A DNA stretch of 64,000 nt from NCBI GenBank assembly GCA_035483545.1, contig DATHPS010000018.1, forward strand, positions 745 through 64,744, written 5' to 3'. The stretch comes from Solirubrobacteraceae bacterium. GTDB taxonomy: Bacteria > Actinomycetota > Thermoleophilia > Solirubrobacterales > Solirubrobacteraceae. Below the pieces are notes generated by a model. The model had not been told where the DNA came from. It was given only the letters and a program-made list of their open reading frames with translations, and did not search any database. A program made the position numbers and the translations under genes. Shown here piece by piece: positions 55,412 through 64,000 of this stretch (positions are counted from its first letter, which is position 1; each line of letters opens with the position of its first letter).

Positions 55412-56140
55412 TCATTCCGGCCGTGGCAACGCCGGAACACAGGCGCCGAGCAGCGCGTGGAACATGTGCGGCGAGACGTAGACCTCCACGAGCGCCGCCG
55501 CGAGTAGCAGCGGCAACGCGACCGCGACGGTGACCAGCGTCGCCGCCAGCAGCTGGTCCCACTCGCCCCGGCGGCTCGCCATGATCCACGCCGCGAGCGG
55601 CAGGAACAGCGCGATCAGCTCCGGCAGCGCGTGCGGCAGCACCGCGAGCAGCAGCAGCGCCGGCGCTACACCGAGCGCGTGCGCGAACGCCGCCAGCCGC
55701 TCCCCCAGCAGATACGCCTGCGCCGACAGCGAGAACGTCGTCGCGCACACCACGAAGCCGATCGCGATCCGGCCGCCGCGCTCGTGCACCCAGCGCGAGA
55801 CACCCCGCCGCGAGCCCGCCTGCAGCGGCAGCGAGCTGCCCGCGATGAAGCCCGCCACGCACGCCATCGCGTGCAACGCCAGCACCAGCAAGTTGCGACC
55901 CATCACCGCCGCGACGTCAGCCGCATCCCCCATCGCAAACGGCGGTTCCGCCGGGATCGCTTCGCGCGCTCCCCCCGCGAGTGCCGCGATCACGAGCACA
56001 GCCCCCAGCAGGCCCAATGCCGCGCCCGTCGAGCCCGCGCCCCAGCGGCCCAGGACCCGCCAGCGTCCCGCGCGCCACTCGCCCAGCGCGCCCCGCGTGC
56101 GGCGCACCCCGTAGGCGAACGCATAGGCCGATCCGTCCAC
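55412..56140 (-). CDS. SpoIIM-like membrane protein
   Basis: RNLLVL, LPHALPEL, LLAAALVEVYVSP; multiple TM helices. Confidence 0.75.
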   Translation of the reverse strand: MDGSAYAFAYGVRRTRGALGEWRAGRWRVLGRWGAGSTGAALGLLGAVLVIAALAGGAREAIPAEPPFAMGDAADVAAVMGRNLLVLALHAMACVAGFIAGSSLPLQAGSRRGVSRWVHERGGRIAIGFVVCATTFSLSAQAYLLGERLAAFAHALGVAPALLLLAVLPHALPELIALFLPLAAWIMASRRGEWDQLLAATLVTVAVALPLLLAAALVEVYVSPHMFHALLGACVPALPRPE

Positions 56141-56183
56141 CCTGCACTGATCGGCACCTGCGCCGGTGCACGTGACCCGCGCC

Positions 56184-56810
56184 CTACCCGAACCGCACCT
56201 TCCCGTTCGAGCGCGCCCGCGTCTGCGCGCGCTCCACCAGCTCCAGGCGCTTGAGCGCCGCGCGGAACAGCATCGTCAATAGCTGCAGGCGCGCGTTCTC
56301 CGAGCGCAGCTCCAGCAGCTCCTGCTTGGCGTCCGTCCCGAACTCCACCGTCGCCGCCATCCCGTACGCGTCGAGCGCGTCCAGCTCCTCCTCCGAAAGC
56401 GTCTTGTCCGTCGCCTGCTCCACCAGCTCCGCGTACAGCTCCCGCGCCGCGCGCGCCACCTCCGGGTCCACCTCTCGATCGTGCTCCGCCAGGAACTCCA
56501 CCACGCCCGCCGGGTACGGGAGGCTCTCCTGGCGCTCCAGCAGGCGAAACGGGCGCGTCCCGCGCGCCAAGATGTTCATCCGTCCGTCGTCCATTCGCTC
56601 CAACACCCTGTCGATCGCGCACGCGCAGCCGATCGGCTTCAGCTCGTCCTCCGCCATCCACACGATTCCGAACTCGCGCTCATCCTCCAAGCAGCCCTCG
56701 ATCATCGTGCGGTAGCGGTCCTCGAAGATATGCAGTGGCACGCTCTCCGTCGGCAGCGCCACAATGCCCAGGGGGAACAGCGGAAAGCCCTCGAGCACCC
56801 GATCGGACAT
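56184..56810 (-). CDS. Lon substrate-binding domain protein
   Basis: PLFPL..LPTESVPLHIFEDRYR, DGRMNIL..G..PF, KQELLE. Confidence 0.88.
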   Translation of the reverse strand: MSDRVLEGFPLFPLGIVALPTESVPLHIFEDRYRTMIEGCLEDEREFGIVWMAEDELKPIGCACAIDRVLERMDDGRMNILARGTRPFRLLERQESLPYPAGVVEFLAEHDREVDPEVARAARELYAELVEQATDKTLSEEELDALDAYGMAATVEFGTDAKQELLELRSENARLQLLTMLFRAALKRLELVERAQTRARSNGKVRFG

Positions 56811-56876
56811 CCGAAACAGTCTAGTTGGGCCTCGTGCGCGCGCCCGTGCTTGACGATGCGCACAGTTCGCAGGCGC

Positions 56877-57785
56877 TCAGCTCGCCTTGCGCGCCGCCAG
56901 CATCAGGTTGTAGAAGATCGCCGGCGGCAGCCGCGACTCCAGCAGCCGCCGGTCGAGCTGCTGCAGCGCCAGGTACCCGCGGTACGCGTACATTCGCCAT
57001 GCCCACGGCACATCGCTCGGGTCCGCCGTCGCCTCCAGCGTGCGGTTCGTCCACCCGAACCAATTCGCCAGCAACTCCTCGCCGATCACCCGCACCTCGC
57101 GCAGGCCCGCGCCCTGCGCGAGCGCCCGCAGCTCACCCGGCGCGAACGCGTGCACATCGACCACGCCCTCCAGCGCCGCGTCCGGCGCGCCACCCTCCGC
57201 GGGTGGCGCCGGGCGCGCGCGCAGCGCACGGCGCCACAGCGGCGCCACCGTGCCCGCGAAGCGCTTGGGAACCGTCGCCAGCCGGTCGCCGTAGCGCGAG
57301 GGCTCGCCCGCGAACAGCAGCGTCCCGCCCGGCGCCAGCACGCGTGCGAACTCCGCGAACGCCCGGCGCAGGTCCGGGATGTGATGCAGCACCGCGTGGC
57401 CCAGCACCAGGTCGAAGCTCGCGTCCGCGAACGGCAGCCGCTCCGCGTCCGCGCTCGCCGTCTCCACCTCCAGGCCCAGCCGCTGCGCGTTCGCGCTCAG
57501 CGTCGCCAGCATCCCCGGCGAGATGTCCGTGCACGTCGCCCGCTCGATCACCCCCGCGCGCAGCAGGTTCAGCGTGAAGTACCCCGTGCCCGCGCCGATC
57601 TCAAGCGACCGCTCGTAGCGGCCCGCCCCCTCGCCGCCCAGCGCCTTGCGTACCTTCGCGCCCACCTGCTCCAGGCCGATGTCCCCGAAGTCGATCCCCC
57701 ACTTCGCGTCGTAGTGGTCCGCGGCCACGTCGTGGTAGCGCGTGTTCACGTCGCGGATCTCCTCGGCTGTCAAGGGCGGCGGCAC
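56877..57785 (-). CDS. Class I SAM methyltransferase (Rv3038c-like)
   Basis: YHD..YDAKW, LEIGAGTG, DISPGM, GHAVLHHIPD, FAGEP, VDVHAF. Confidence 0.85.
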   Translation of the reverse strand: MPPPLTAEEIRDVNTRYHDVAADHYDAKWGIDFGDIGLEQVGAKVRKALGGEGAGRYERSLEIGAGTGYFTLNLLRAGVIERATCTDISPGMLATLSANAQRLGLEVETASADAERLPFADASFDLVLGHAVLHHIPDLRRAFAEFARVLAPGGTLLFAGEPSRYGDRLATVPKRFAGTVAPLWRRALRARPAPPAEGGAPDAALEGVVDVHAFAPGELRALAQGAGLREVRVIGEELLANWFGWTNRTLEATADPSDVPWAWRMYAYRGYLALQQLDRRLLESRLPPAIFYNLMLAARKAS

Positions 57786-57868
57786 GGGTGCGCACCTTAG
57801 ACGACCGCGCCCGATCGAGGCCGCAGGAGCCCGCCCCGCGCGGGCGCGGGCTCATATACTCGCGCCCC

Positions 57869-58642
57869 GTGTCGGTGCCCCTGTACGTGCAGCGCGACCA
57901 GCCCGACGGCGTGCCCCCGCTCGCGCTCACCGGCGAGCGCACCCTTCCCGACGTCCCCGAGGAGAACTACTGGTTCCGCCGCCACCTCGTCGTTTACCAG
58001 TGGATCGCCGCGCGCGTCGCCGGCCTGCGCGTGATCGACATGGCTTGCGGCGAGGGCTACGGCTCCGACGTGCTCGCCGCGCGCGCCGCGAGCGTCGTCG
58101 GCGTCGACGCCAACCCCGAGGCCCACGCCCACGCCCGTAGCCGCTACCGCCGCGCCAACCTCCGCTACGAGCGCGACCTCATCGAAACCTTCGCCGCGCC
58201 CGCCGACGCCGTTGTCTTCCTACAGACGATCGAGCACCTCCAAGACCCCGGCGCCGCGCTCGAGCACTACCGCGAGCTCGTCGGCCCCCGCGGCGTCGTC
58301 TACCTCTCCACCCCCAACGTCCTCACGCTCGCCCCCAAGGGCGCGCCGCGCTCGGACAACCCCTGGCACGTGCACGAGTACCGCGTAGCCGAGTTCGAGC
58401 AGCTCTGCCGCGCGCACTTCTCCTCCGTCGCGCTCTTCGGCCTCTTCCACACGCGCAAGCTCCGCGCCCACGAGTTCGCGCTGCGTCTCGGCTGGGACGC
58501 CCTGCACGCCCGACTCGGTCTCACCGAGCGCTTCTACCGCTGGTTCACGCCCGCGATCTCGACCGCCGACTTCGCGCTGCGCCCCCGCGGCCAAGCCGAT
58601 CTCGAGCGCGCGCTCGACTTCCTCGCCGTCTGCCGCGCGTGA
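57869..58642 (+). CDS. SAM methyltransferase (Rv3030-like)
   Basis: LTGERTLP..EENYWFRRHLVVY, ACGEGYG, QTIEH, STPN, NPWH. Confidence 0.88.
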   Translation: MSVPLYVQRDQPDGVPPLALTGERTLPDVPEENYWFRRHLVVYQWIAARVAGLRVIDMACGEGYGSDVLAARAASVVGVDANPEAHAHARSRYRRANLRYERDLIETFAAPADAVVFLQTIEHLQDPGAALEHYRELVGPRGVVYLSTPNVLTLAPKGAPRSDNPWHVHEYRVAEFEQLCRAHFSSVALFGLFHTRKLRAHEFALRLGWDALHARLGLTERFYRWFTPAISTADFALRPRGQADLERALDFLAVCRA

Positions 58643-58720
58643 GTGCCGCCGCGCCCGCCCCCGGACCACGATGAGCGCTCCGCGCCGCACCGCCGCCGGC
58701 AGGCCCGTCCGTGGAGCGCG

Positions 58721-60253
58721 ATGAGCGCTGCCCGCCGCACCGCCGCCGCCGGCAGGCCCCGCGGCCAGCTCGCGATCGTCCTGCACACGCACATGCCCTA
58801 CGTCGAGGGCTTCGGCACCTGGCCCTTCGGCGAGGAGTGGCTGTGGGAGGCGATCGCGAGCTGCTACCTCCCGCTGCTCGACCTGCTCGAGCGCGACGCC
58901 CCGCTTACGCTCTCGCTGACCCCCGTGCTTTGCGACCAGCTCGAAGCGCCCGCGATCGGAGCGCGCTTCACGCACTTCATCGACGACGTCCGCCGCCGCA
59001 CCCACGACGAAGACAGCCACGGCCTGCGCGACGGCGGCCACGAGACGCTCGCCCGCGAGCTCGAACGCTCCTGGGAAGAGTACGAGTGCGCCCTGCACAG
59101 CTTCCAGCGGCGCGACGGGGACCTGCTCGCAGCGTTCGCGCCCCACGCGCAATGGACCTCTGCCGCGACCCACGCCGTGCTGCCGCTGCTCGCGAGCGAG
59201 CCCGCGCTGCGGCTGCAGGTGCAGACCGGAATCGCCTCGCACCGCGCACGCTTCCCCGCGCCCTGGCGCGGCGGTTTCTGGCTGCCCGAGTGCGCCCACG
59301 CCCCCCAGCTCGAGCCCGCGCTCGCCGACGCCGGCGTGCGCGCGACCTGCGTCGAGCTCACCGCCCGCCTCGGGTTGGGCGCCCCCGCGCACCTGCGCCC
59401 CCTCCGCGGCGAGGGCGACGTCGTGCTCGCGCCGATCGATCGCGCCACGATCGCGCTCGTCTGGAGCGACGGCGGCTACCCCGCTCACGCGTACTACCGC
59501 GACTACCACCGCCACACCGTCCACCACCACAACCCCTGGGCCAACGACGGCGGCGCCTACGATCGCCCGCGTGCGCTCGCGCTCGCACGCGCGCACGCCG
59601 CCGACTTCGTCGCGCGCACCGCCTCGCGCCTGCACCGCGACGGCGCCGGCCTGCCCGGCGGCGGGCTCGTCGTCTGCGCGCTGGACACCGAGCTGCTCGG
59701 GCACTGGTGGTACGAGGGCCTGCACTGGCTAGAGGCCGTCGTCGAGGAGTGCGCACGCCAAGGGCTCGAGCTCGTGCGCCTCGACGACGCCCTCCCGCGA
59801 CTGGAGCCCACGCGGCTCGCCGAGGTCGCCGGGGAGGAACTCCGTGGGGAGGGTCGCGGTGCAGAGCGTCCTCGCGGAGGTGAGCGCGGTGGGACCGAGC
59901 GCCGCGCGGAAGATCGCGGCGAGGCGAGCACCTGGGGCGCCGGCGGGGACCTCTCCACGTGGTCCGGTCCCGCCGTCGCCGAGATCGCCTTCGCCATGCG
60001 CGCCGCTGAGCTCGAGGTGCTGCGCGCCGGGCCCCGCGCCGGTGTCGCCGCCGCGCGCGAGCTGCTCGCGCTGCAGGCCAGCGACTGGGCCTTCATGGTC
60101 GCCCGCGGGCTCGCCGCGCCCTATGCGCACGAGCGCTTCGCCGGCCACCGCGCCGCGCTCGCCCGCGCGCTCGCCGCGGGGGTCGACGCCGACGCCCGCG
60201 GCGCCCGCAACATCGCGCCGCACGCTACTGCCGCGGCGCTTCTCGCGCTTTGA
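58721..60253 (+). CDS. GH57 1,4-alpha-glucan branching enzyme (Rv3031-like)
   Basis: VLHTHMPYV..WPFGEEWL, THAVLP, GFWLPEC, DTELLGHWWYEG, ELLALQASDWAF. Confidence 0.9.
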   Translation: MSAARRTAAAGRPRGQLAIVLHTHMPYVEGFGTWPFGEEWLWEAIASCYLPLLDLLERDAPLTLSLTPVLCDQLEAPAIGARFTHFIDDVRRRTHDEDSHGLRDGGHETLARELERSWEEYECALHSFQRRDGDLLAAFAPHAQWTSAATHAVLPLLASEPALRLQVQTGIASHRARFPAPWRGGFWLPECAHAPQLEPALADAGVRATCVELTARLGLGAPAHLRPLRGEGDVVLAPIDRATIALVWSDGGYPAHAYYRDYHRHTVHHHNPWANDGGAYDRPRALALARAHAADFVARTASRLHRDGAGLPGGGLVVCALDTELLGHWWYEGLHWLEAVVEECARQGLELVRLDDALPRLEPTRLAEVAGEELRGEGRGAERPRGGERGGTERRAEDRGEASTWGAGGDLSTWSGPAVAEIAFAMRAAELEVLRAGPRAGVAAARELLALQASDWAFMVARGLAAPYAHERFAGHRAALARALAAGVDADARGARNIAPHATAAALLAL

Positions 60254-60434
60254 CTCGACGCACGCCACCCCGCGGCTTGGCTCACGCCTCGACTCGACGG
60301 GCGCCACGCTCGCGGCGCAGGATGCAGATCGTCATTCAACTTTTCAAGAATCTTCATCTCCCAAATAGTTATAATCTGAAAGGAACTCCCAAAAACATAC
60401 ACAAAGTTTGGGGCGCTCACCGAGCGCGTCGCGC

Positions 60435-61172
60435 TCAACCCCAGCGCATCGCGCGCGGGGCCTCGCGCATGCGGATCACGCGGGCCGGGATGCCGCCGAC
60501 GACGGCGTTGGCGGGGACGTCGCGGGTGACGACGGAGCTGGTGCCGATCACGCTGTTCTCGCCGACCGCGACGCCGCGCAGGATGCACGCGCCGTAGCCG
60601 ATCCAGACGTTGTGCCCGACATCGACATCGCGCTTGTAGATGCCCTGCAGGCGGATCGGGCGCTCGACCTCGACGACGCCGTGGTCGAAGTCGATCAACA
60701 TGACGCGATCGGCGACGATGCACTCGCGTCCGATTGCGACGTGTTGGAAGGCAGAGATCGTGCACTCCTGGCCGATCACCGTCTTCGCGCCGATGCAGAC
60801 CTCGCCCTCGTGGACGCGGATCTTGGTGCGGTGCCCGATCCACGCCCAGCGACCGATGTGCAGCGTCGCGTGGCGGCCGATCTCCAGCTCGACCCCGGGG
60901 CAGATGAAGCAGAGCCCGTCGGTGCGCAGTCGTCCGCGCAGTCGCAGCTTCAGCACGGCGAGCCGCGCGAGCATGCGCGCGTAGGGGAAGGAGAGCATGT
61001 TGTTCGCGCGCATGAAGCGCAGCAGCGTGAGCGGGCCGCCGCTGCGCGGCGGCGGCTCACCGCGCGGCAGCACGGCGGGGGGAGCCGCCGGCGACCGTTG
61101 GGGAGGGTCGGAGGGACGGTCGGCCGGTGGCTCGCGGGCGGCGGGATCGGCCAGGAGGTCTCGCGGGTCCAT
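60435..61172 (-). CDS. Hexapeptide-repeat acyltransferase (Rv3034c-like)
   Basis: GRWAWIG..IRVHEG, IDFDH..IRLQGIYK, VWIG, VVGGIPARVI. Confidence 0.88.
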   Translation of the reverse strand: MDPRDLLADPAAREPPADRPSDPPQRSPAAPPAVLPRGEPPPRSGGPLTLLRFMRANNMLSFPYARMLARLAVLKLRLRGRLRTDGLCFICPGVELEIGRHATLHIGRWAWIGHRTKIRVHEGEVCIGAKTVIGQECTISAFQHVAIGRECIVADRVMLIDFDHGVVEVERPIRLQGIYKRDVDVGHNVWIGYGACILRGVAVGENSVIGTSSVVTRDVPANAVVGGIPARVIRMREAPRAMRWG

Positions 61173-61212
61173 CGTCGCGGAATCGTATTCGCCTGCGATG
61201 ATTGCGCCCGCG

Positions 61213-62187
61213 ATGAGCGACGCGGGGACATTGGCGCAGCGGCTGCTGGCGGGCGACCGCCGGGCGCTGGCGCGCGCGATCTCGCTCGTCGAGGACGACC
61301 GTCCGGAGGGCTGGGAGCTGGTGCGCGAGGTCTACCCGCACACCGGCGCCGCCGCGGTGGTCGGCTTCACGGGTCCACCCGGCGTCGGCAAGTCGACGCT
61401 GATCGGGGCGTTGACACGCGCGCGGCGCGCGGCGGGGCGCACGGTGGGGGTGCTCTCGATCGACCCCTCCTCGCCGTTCACGCACGGCGCGCTGCTCGGC
61501 GACCGCATTCGCCTGAACGAGCACTTCCTGGACCCGGGAGTGTTCATTCGCTCGATGGCCAACCGCGGTGCTCTCGGGGGTCTCTCGGAGGCGGCGCTGC
61601 AGGCCGCGCTGCTGCTCGATGCGGCGGGCCGCGAGGACGTGTTCGTCGAGACGGTCGGGGTCGGGCAGGCGGAGGTCGACATCATCGACCACGCGGACAC
61701 CGTGGTGCTCGTGCTGATGCCGGGCTCGGGCGACTCGATCCAGGCGCTGAAGGCGGGGATCATGGAGATCCCGGACGTGATCGTGATCAACAAGGCGGAT
61801 CACCCGTTGACCGACACGATGGTGCGCGAGATCCGCGGCGTGCTCTCGCTCGCGAACCTCGACCACGCCACCGATCGCGCGGGCGGCTGGCGCGTGCCGA
61901 TCGTCAAGACGGAGGCCGAGCGCGGCCACGGCATCGCGGAGCTCGTGGCGAGCCTCGACGCGCACCGCGCGCAGATCGTCGACGAAGGGCGACTGCAGGA
62001 GCGCCGCGGGCGCAACCTGCGCAACGAGGTGCTGGCGCTGGCGAGCGCGCGCATGCGCCGCCGGCTGGAGGAGGAGCTCGCGGGGGATGCGGAGTTCCAG
62101 CGGCTGCTCGATGAGGTCGTGCAGCGCCGTCTAGACCCCGCCAGCGCGGCGGCAGCGCTGCTCGAGCGGGCGGCCGCGGCGCGCTGA
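61213..62187 (+). CDS. meaB: Methylmalonyl-CoA mutase-associated GTPase
   Basis: GPPGVGKST, IDPSSP..GALLGDRIR, ETVGVGQ, KAGIME, NKAD. Confidence 0.92.
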   Translation: MSDAGTLAQRLLAGDRRALARAISLVEDDRPEGWELVREVYPHTGAAAVVGFTGPPGVGKSTLIGALTRARRAAGRTVGVLSIDPSSPFTHGALLGDRIRLNEHFLDPGVFIRSMANRGALGGLSEAALQAALLLDAAGREDVFVETVGVGQAEVDIIDHADTVVLVLMPGSGDSIQALKAGIMEIPDVIVINKADHPLTDTMVREIRGVLSLANLDHATDRAGGWRVPIVKTEAERGHGIAELVASLDAHRAQIVDEGRLQERRGRNLRNEVLALASARMRRRLEEELAGDAEFQRLLDEVVQRRLDPASAAAALLERAAAAR

Positions 62188-62364
62188 GCGGCGGCTCACC
62201 AGAAACAGTCTCGCGTGTACGCGGGATATCGGATTCCTCGACAAATACTGGCATTTGACTACGCAATTCGACTTTTCCCGCGAGTTGGGGTTAGTTGCGC
62301 GCGTTCTTTGGGCACAATCAAAGCACCACGCTAAAGCGGTTTATCGCGGCTCCAACCATCAGCT

Positions 62365-63159
62365 ATGACCAGGCCATTAGATCCAGAGCACCCCGGTAGG
62401 TTCTCCTCGTCGCTGGTCGCGGGCCTGGCGATGCTGACGTGCTTCACGCCGGAGCACCCGGTGCGCGGGATCGCCGACATGGCGGACGCACTCGACCTTG
62501 GGCGCTCCACGACGCATCGCTACGCGACGACGCTGGTGACGCTCGGCTACCTCGAGCAGGGCCCCTCGCGCAAGTACCGGCTCTCCTCGCGCGTCTCGGA
62601 CTTCGGGCTCTCGCTGCTGGACTCGATGGTCGTGCGCCGGCAGGCGCGCGAGCACCTGCGCGAGCTGCGCGCGCGGACCGGTCGCACCGTGGGGCTGGCG
62701 ATCCTCGACGCCGGCGAGGTCTCCTACATCGACCGCTGGCAGGGCTCGCGCCGGGGACAGTACGCAATCGACTTGGGGGTCGGGCTGGGTTCGCGCCTGC
62801 CCATACACTGCTCCGCCGCGGGCAAGGCGCTCCTGGCGCGCCTACCCGAGGCGGAGCAGCGGGAGCTGCTCGCCAAACTGCGTCTGCCGCGGCGGACGGG
62901 CAAGACGATCACGACGAAGTCGGCGCTGCGCGCGGAGCTCGAGGAGATCGTCGCGGCGGACGGACTGGCGGTGGAGGACGAGGAGCTGTTGAGTGGCCGC
63001 CGCGCACTCGCGGCGGCGGTCCTCGACGAGCAGGGCCGACCGCTCGCGGCGGTCGAGCTCGCGGTGCCCGAGAGCGCGTACACGCGCGCGCGGCTCGTGG
63101 ACGAGCTCGGCCCGCTCGTGCTCGCGACCGCGGAGCGCATCGGCGAGTCGCTCGGTTAG
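62365..63159 (+). CDS. IclR-family transcriptional regulator
   Basis: N-terminal HTH (LGRSTTHRYATTL..LGYL), GSRLPIHCSAAGKALLA. Confidence 0.92.
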   Translation: MTRPLDPEHPGRFSSSLVAGLAMLTCFTPEHPVRGIADMADALDLGRSTTHRYATTLVTLGYLEQGPSRKYRLSSRVSDFGLSLLDSMVVRRQAREHLRELRARTGRTVGLAILDAGEVSYIDRWQGSRRGQYAIDLGVGLGSRLPIHCSAAGKALLARLPEAEQRELLAKLRLPRRTGKTITTKSALRAELEEIVAADGLAVEDEELLSGRRALAAAVLDEQGRPLAAVELAVPESAYTRARLVDELGPLVLATAERIGESLG

Positions 63160-63162
63160 CGC

Positions 63163-63999
63163 CTACGCGCCGAGCGCGCGCGCGATCACCATCTGCTGGA
63201 CCTCGTCGGTCCCCTCGCCGATCGTGAGGATCTTGGCGTCGCGATAGAAGCGGCAGACGGGGTACTCCTCGATGAAGCCGTAGCCACCGTGGATCTGGAC
63301 GGCCTCCTCGGCGCAGCGCACCGCGAGGCGGCCGGTCTTGAGCTTGGCCTGCGCGGCGGTGAGGGTGAAGTTGCGCCCCGCGTCCTTCTCACGCGCGGCC
63401 TTGTAGACGAGCAGGCGCGCGGCGGCGATCTCGGTCGCCATGTCGGCGAGCTTGCCCTGGATCGCCTGGAACTTCGAGATCGGCTTACCGAACGCGCGGC
63501 GCTCCTTGGCGTACTTCAGCGCCTCGTCGAGCGCGCCCTGCGCGAGCCCGACGCCCATCGCGGCGACGCCGATGCGACCGATGTCGAGGATGTGCAGGAA
63601 CTGCTTGAAGCCGGCGCCGCGCGGTCCGAGCAGGTTCTCCTCGGGCACGCGGCAGTCGTTGAAGCTGAGCGGGCGCGTGTCGGAGGCGTTCCAGCCCATC
63701 TTGCGGTACGGCTCGCCCTGCTCGTAGCCGCTGGTGCCGTTGGGGATCAGGATGTTGGAGATCTCTCGTGCGACTGCCCCCCGGTCCGCGGCGCCGGCGC
63801 TTGCCGGCGCGACACCGAGCCGTTCGGCTGCGTCCGCGGAGCGCGGCCCGGACTCCCCCGCGCCATCCTCGCCGGTGACCGCGGTGATGCACACCACGCC
63901 GGATATCTCGGTCCCGGCGTTCGTGATGAACTGCTTCGCGCCGTCGATCGCCCACTCGCCGTCGCGCAGCCGCGCCCGCGTGCGCGTGTTCCCGGCGTC
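63163..63999 (-). CDS. Acyl-CoA dehydrogenase, 5'-truncated by window edge
   Basis: DGAKQFITN, KMGWNASDT, QIHGGYG..YRDAKILTIGEGTDEVQ. Confidence 0.93.
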   Translation of the reverse strand, partial: DAGNTRTRARLRDGEWAIDGAKQFITNAGTEISGVVCITAVTGEDGAGESGPRSADAAERLGVAPASAGAADRGAVAREISNILIPNGTSGYEQGEPYRKMGWNASDTRPLSFNDCRVPEENLLGPRGAGFKQFLHILDIGRIGVAAMGVGLAQGALDEALKYAKERRAFGKPISKFQAIQGKLADMATEIAAARLLVYKAAREKDAGRNFTLTAAQAKLKTGRLAVRCAEEAVQIHGGYGFIEEYPVCRFYRDAKILTIGEGTDEVQQMVIARALGA

Positions 64000-64000
64000 C

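Noticed and set aside
60325-60412. oriC unwinding element or dif site
   Set aside because: No DnaA boxes or dnaA nearby, and no recognisable XerC/XerD arm structure.
1-64000. tRNA, rRNA, transposase, integrase or prophage genes
   Set aside because: None recognised by eye; tRNAscan and HMM searches would be needed to exclude them fully.

Overview
High-GC actinobacterial chromosomal segment. The gene content (large Lys-tailed secreted proteins, IclR type, actinobacterial c-di-AMP riboswitch, OpcA) fits Solirubrobacterales/Thermoleophilia, but this assignment is an inference. The housekeeping backbone includes beta-oxidation enzymes, egtBD, gnd-zwf-opcA-pgl, glpX, rlpA with a c-di-AMP riboswitch, rpoD, pilT, parA-ftsZ, ggt, an Rv3030/3031/3034c/3038c-like glycan cluster and meaB. 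Small accessory cassettes interrupt it: six toxin-antitoxin-like pairs, a Uma2 nuclease, two AAA ATPase genes each preceded by periodic repeat arrays, and a 7.3-kb two-gene defence island (N6-adenine MTase plus PLD-nuclease/SNF2 helicase) bounded by an 11-bp direct repeat. The most notable candidate system is a Soj/ParA ATPase gene overlapping a non-dcw ftsZ whose product has a ~150-aa N-terminal extension starting with a ParB-like peptide, suggesting direct ParA positioning of FtsZ. No rRNA, tRNA, CRISPR array, integrase or transposase was recognised. All family assignments come from motifs read by eye; no database search was run.
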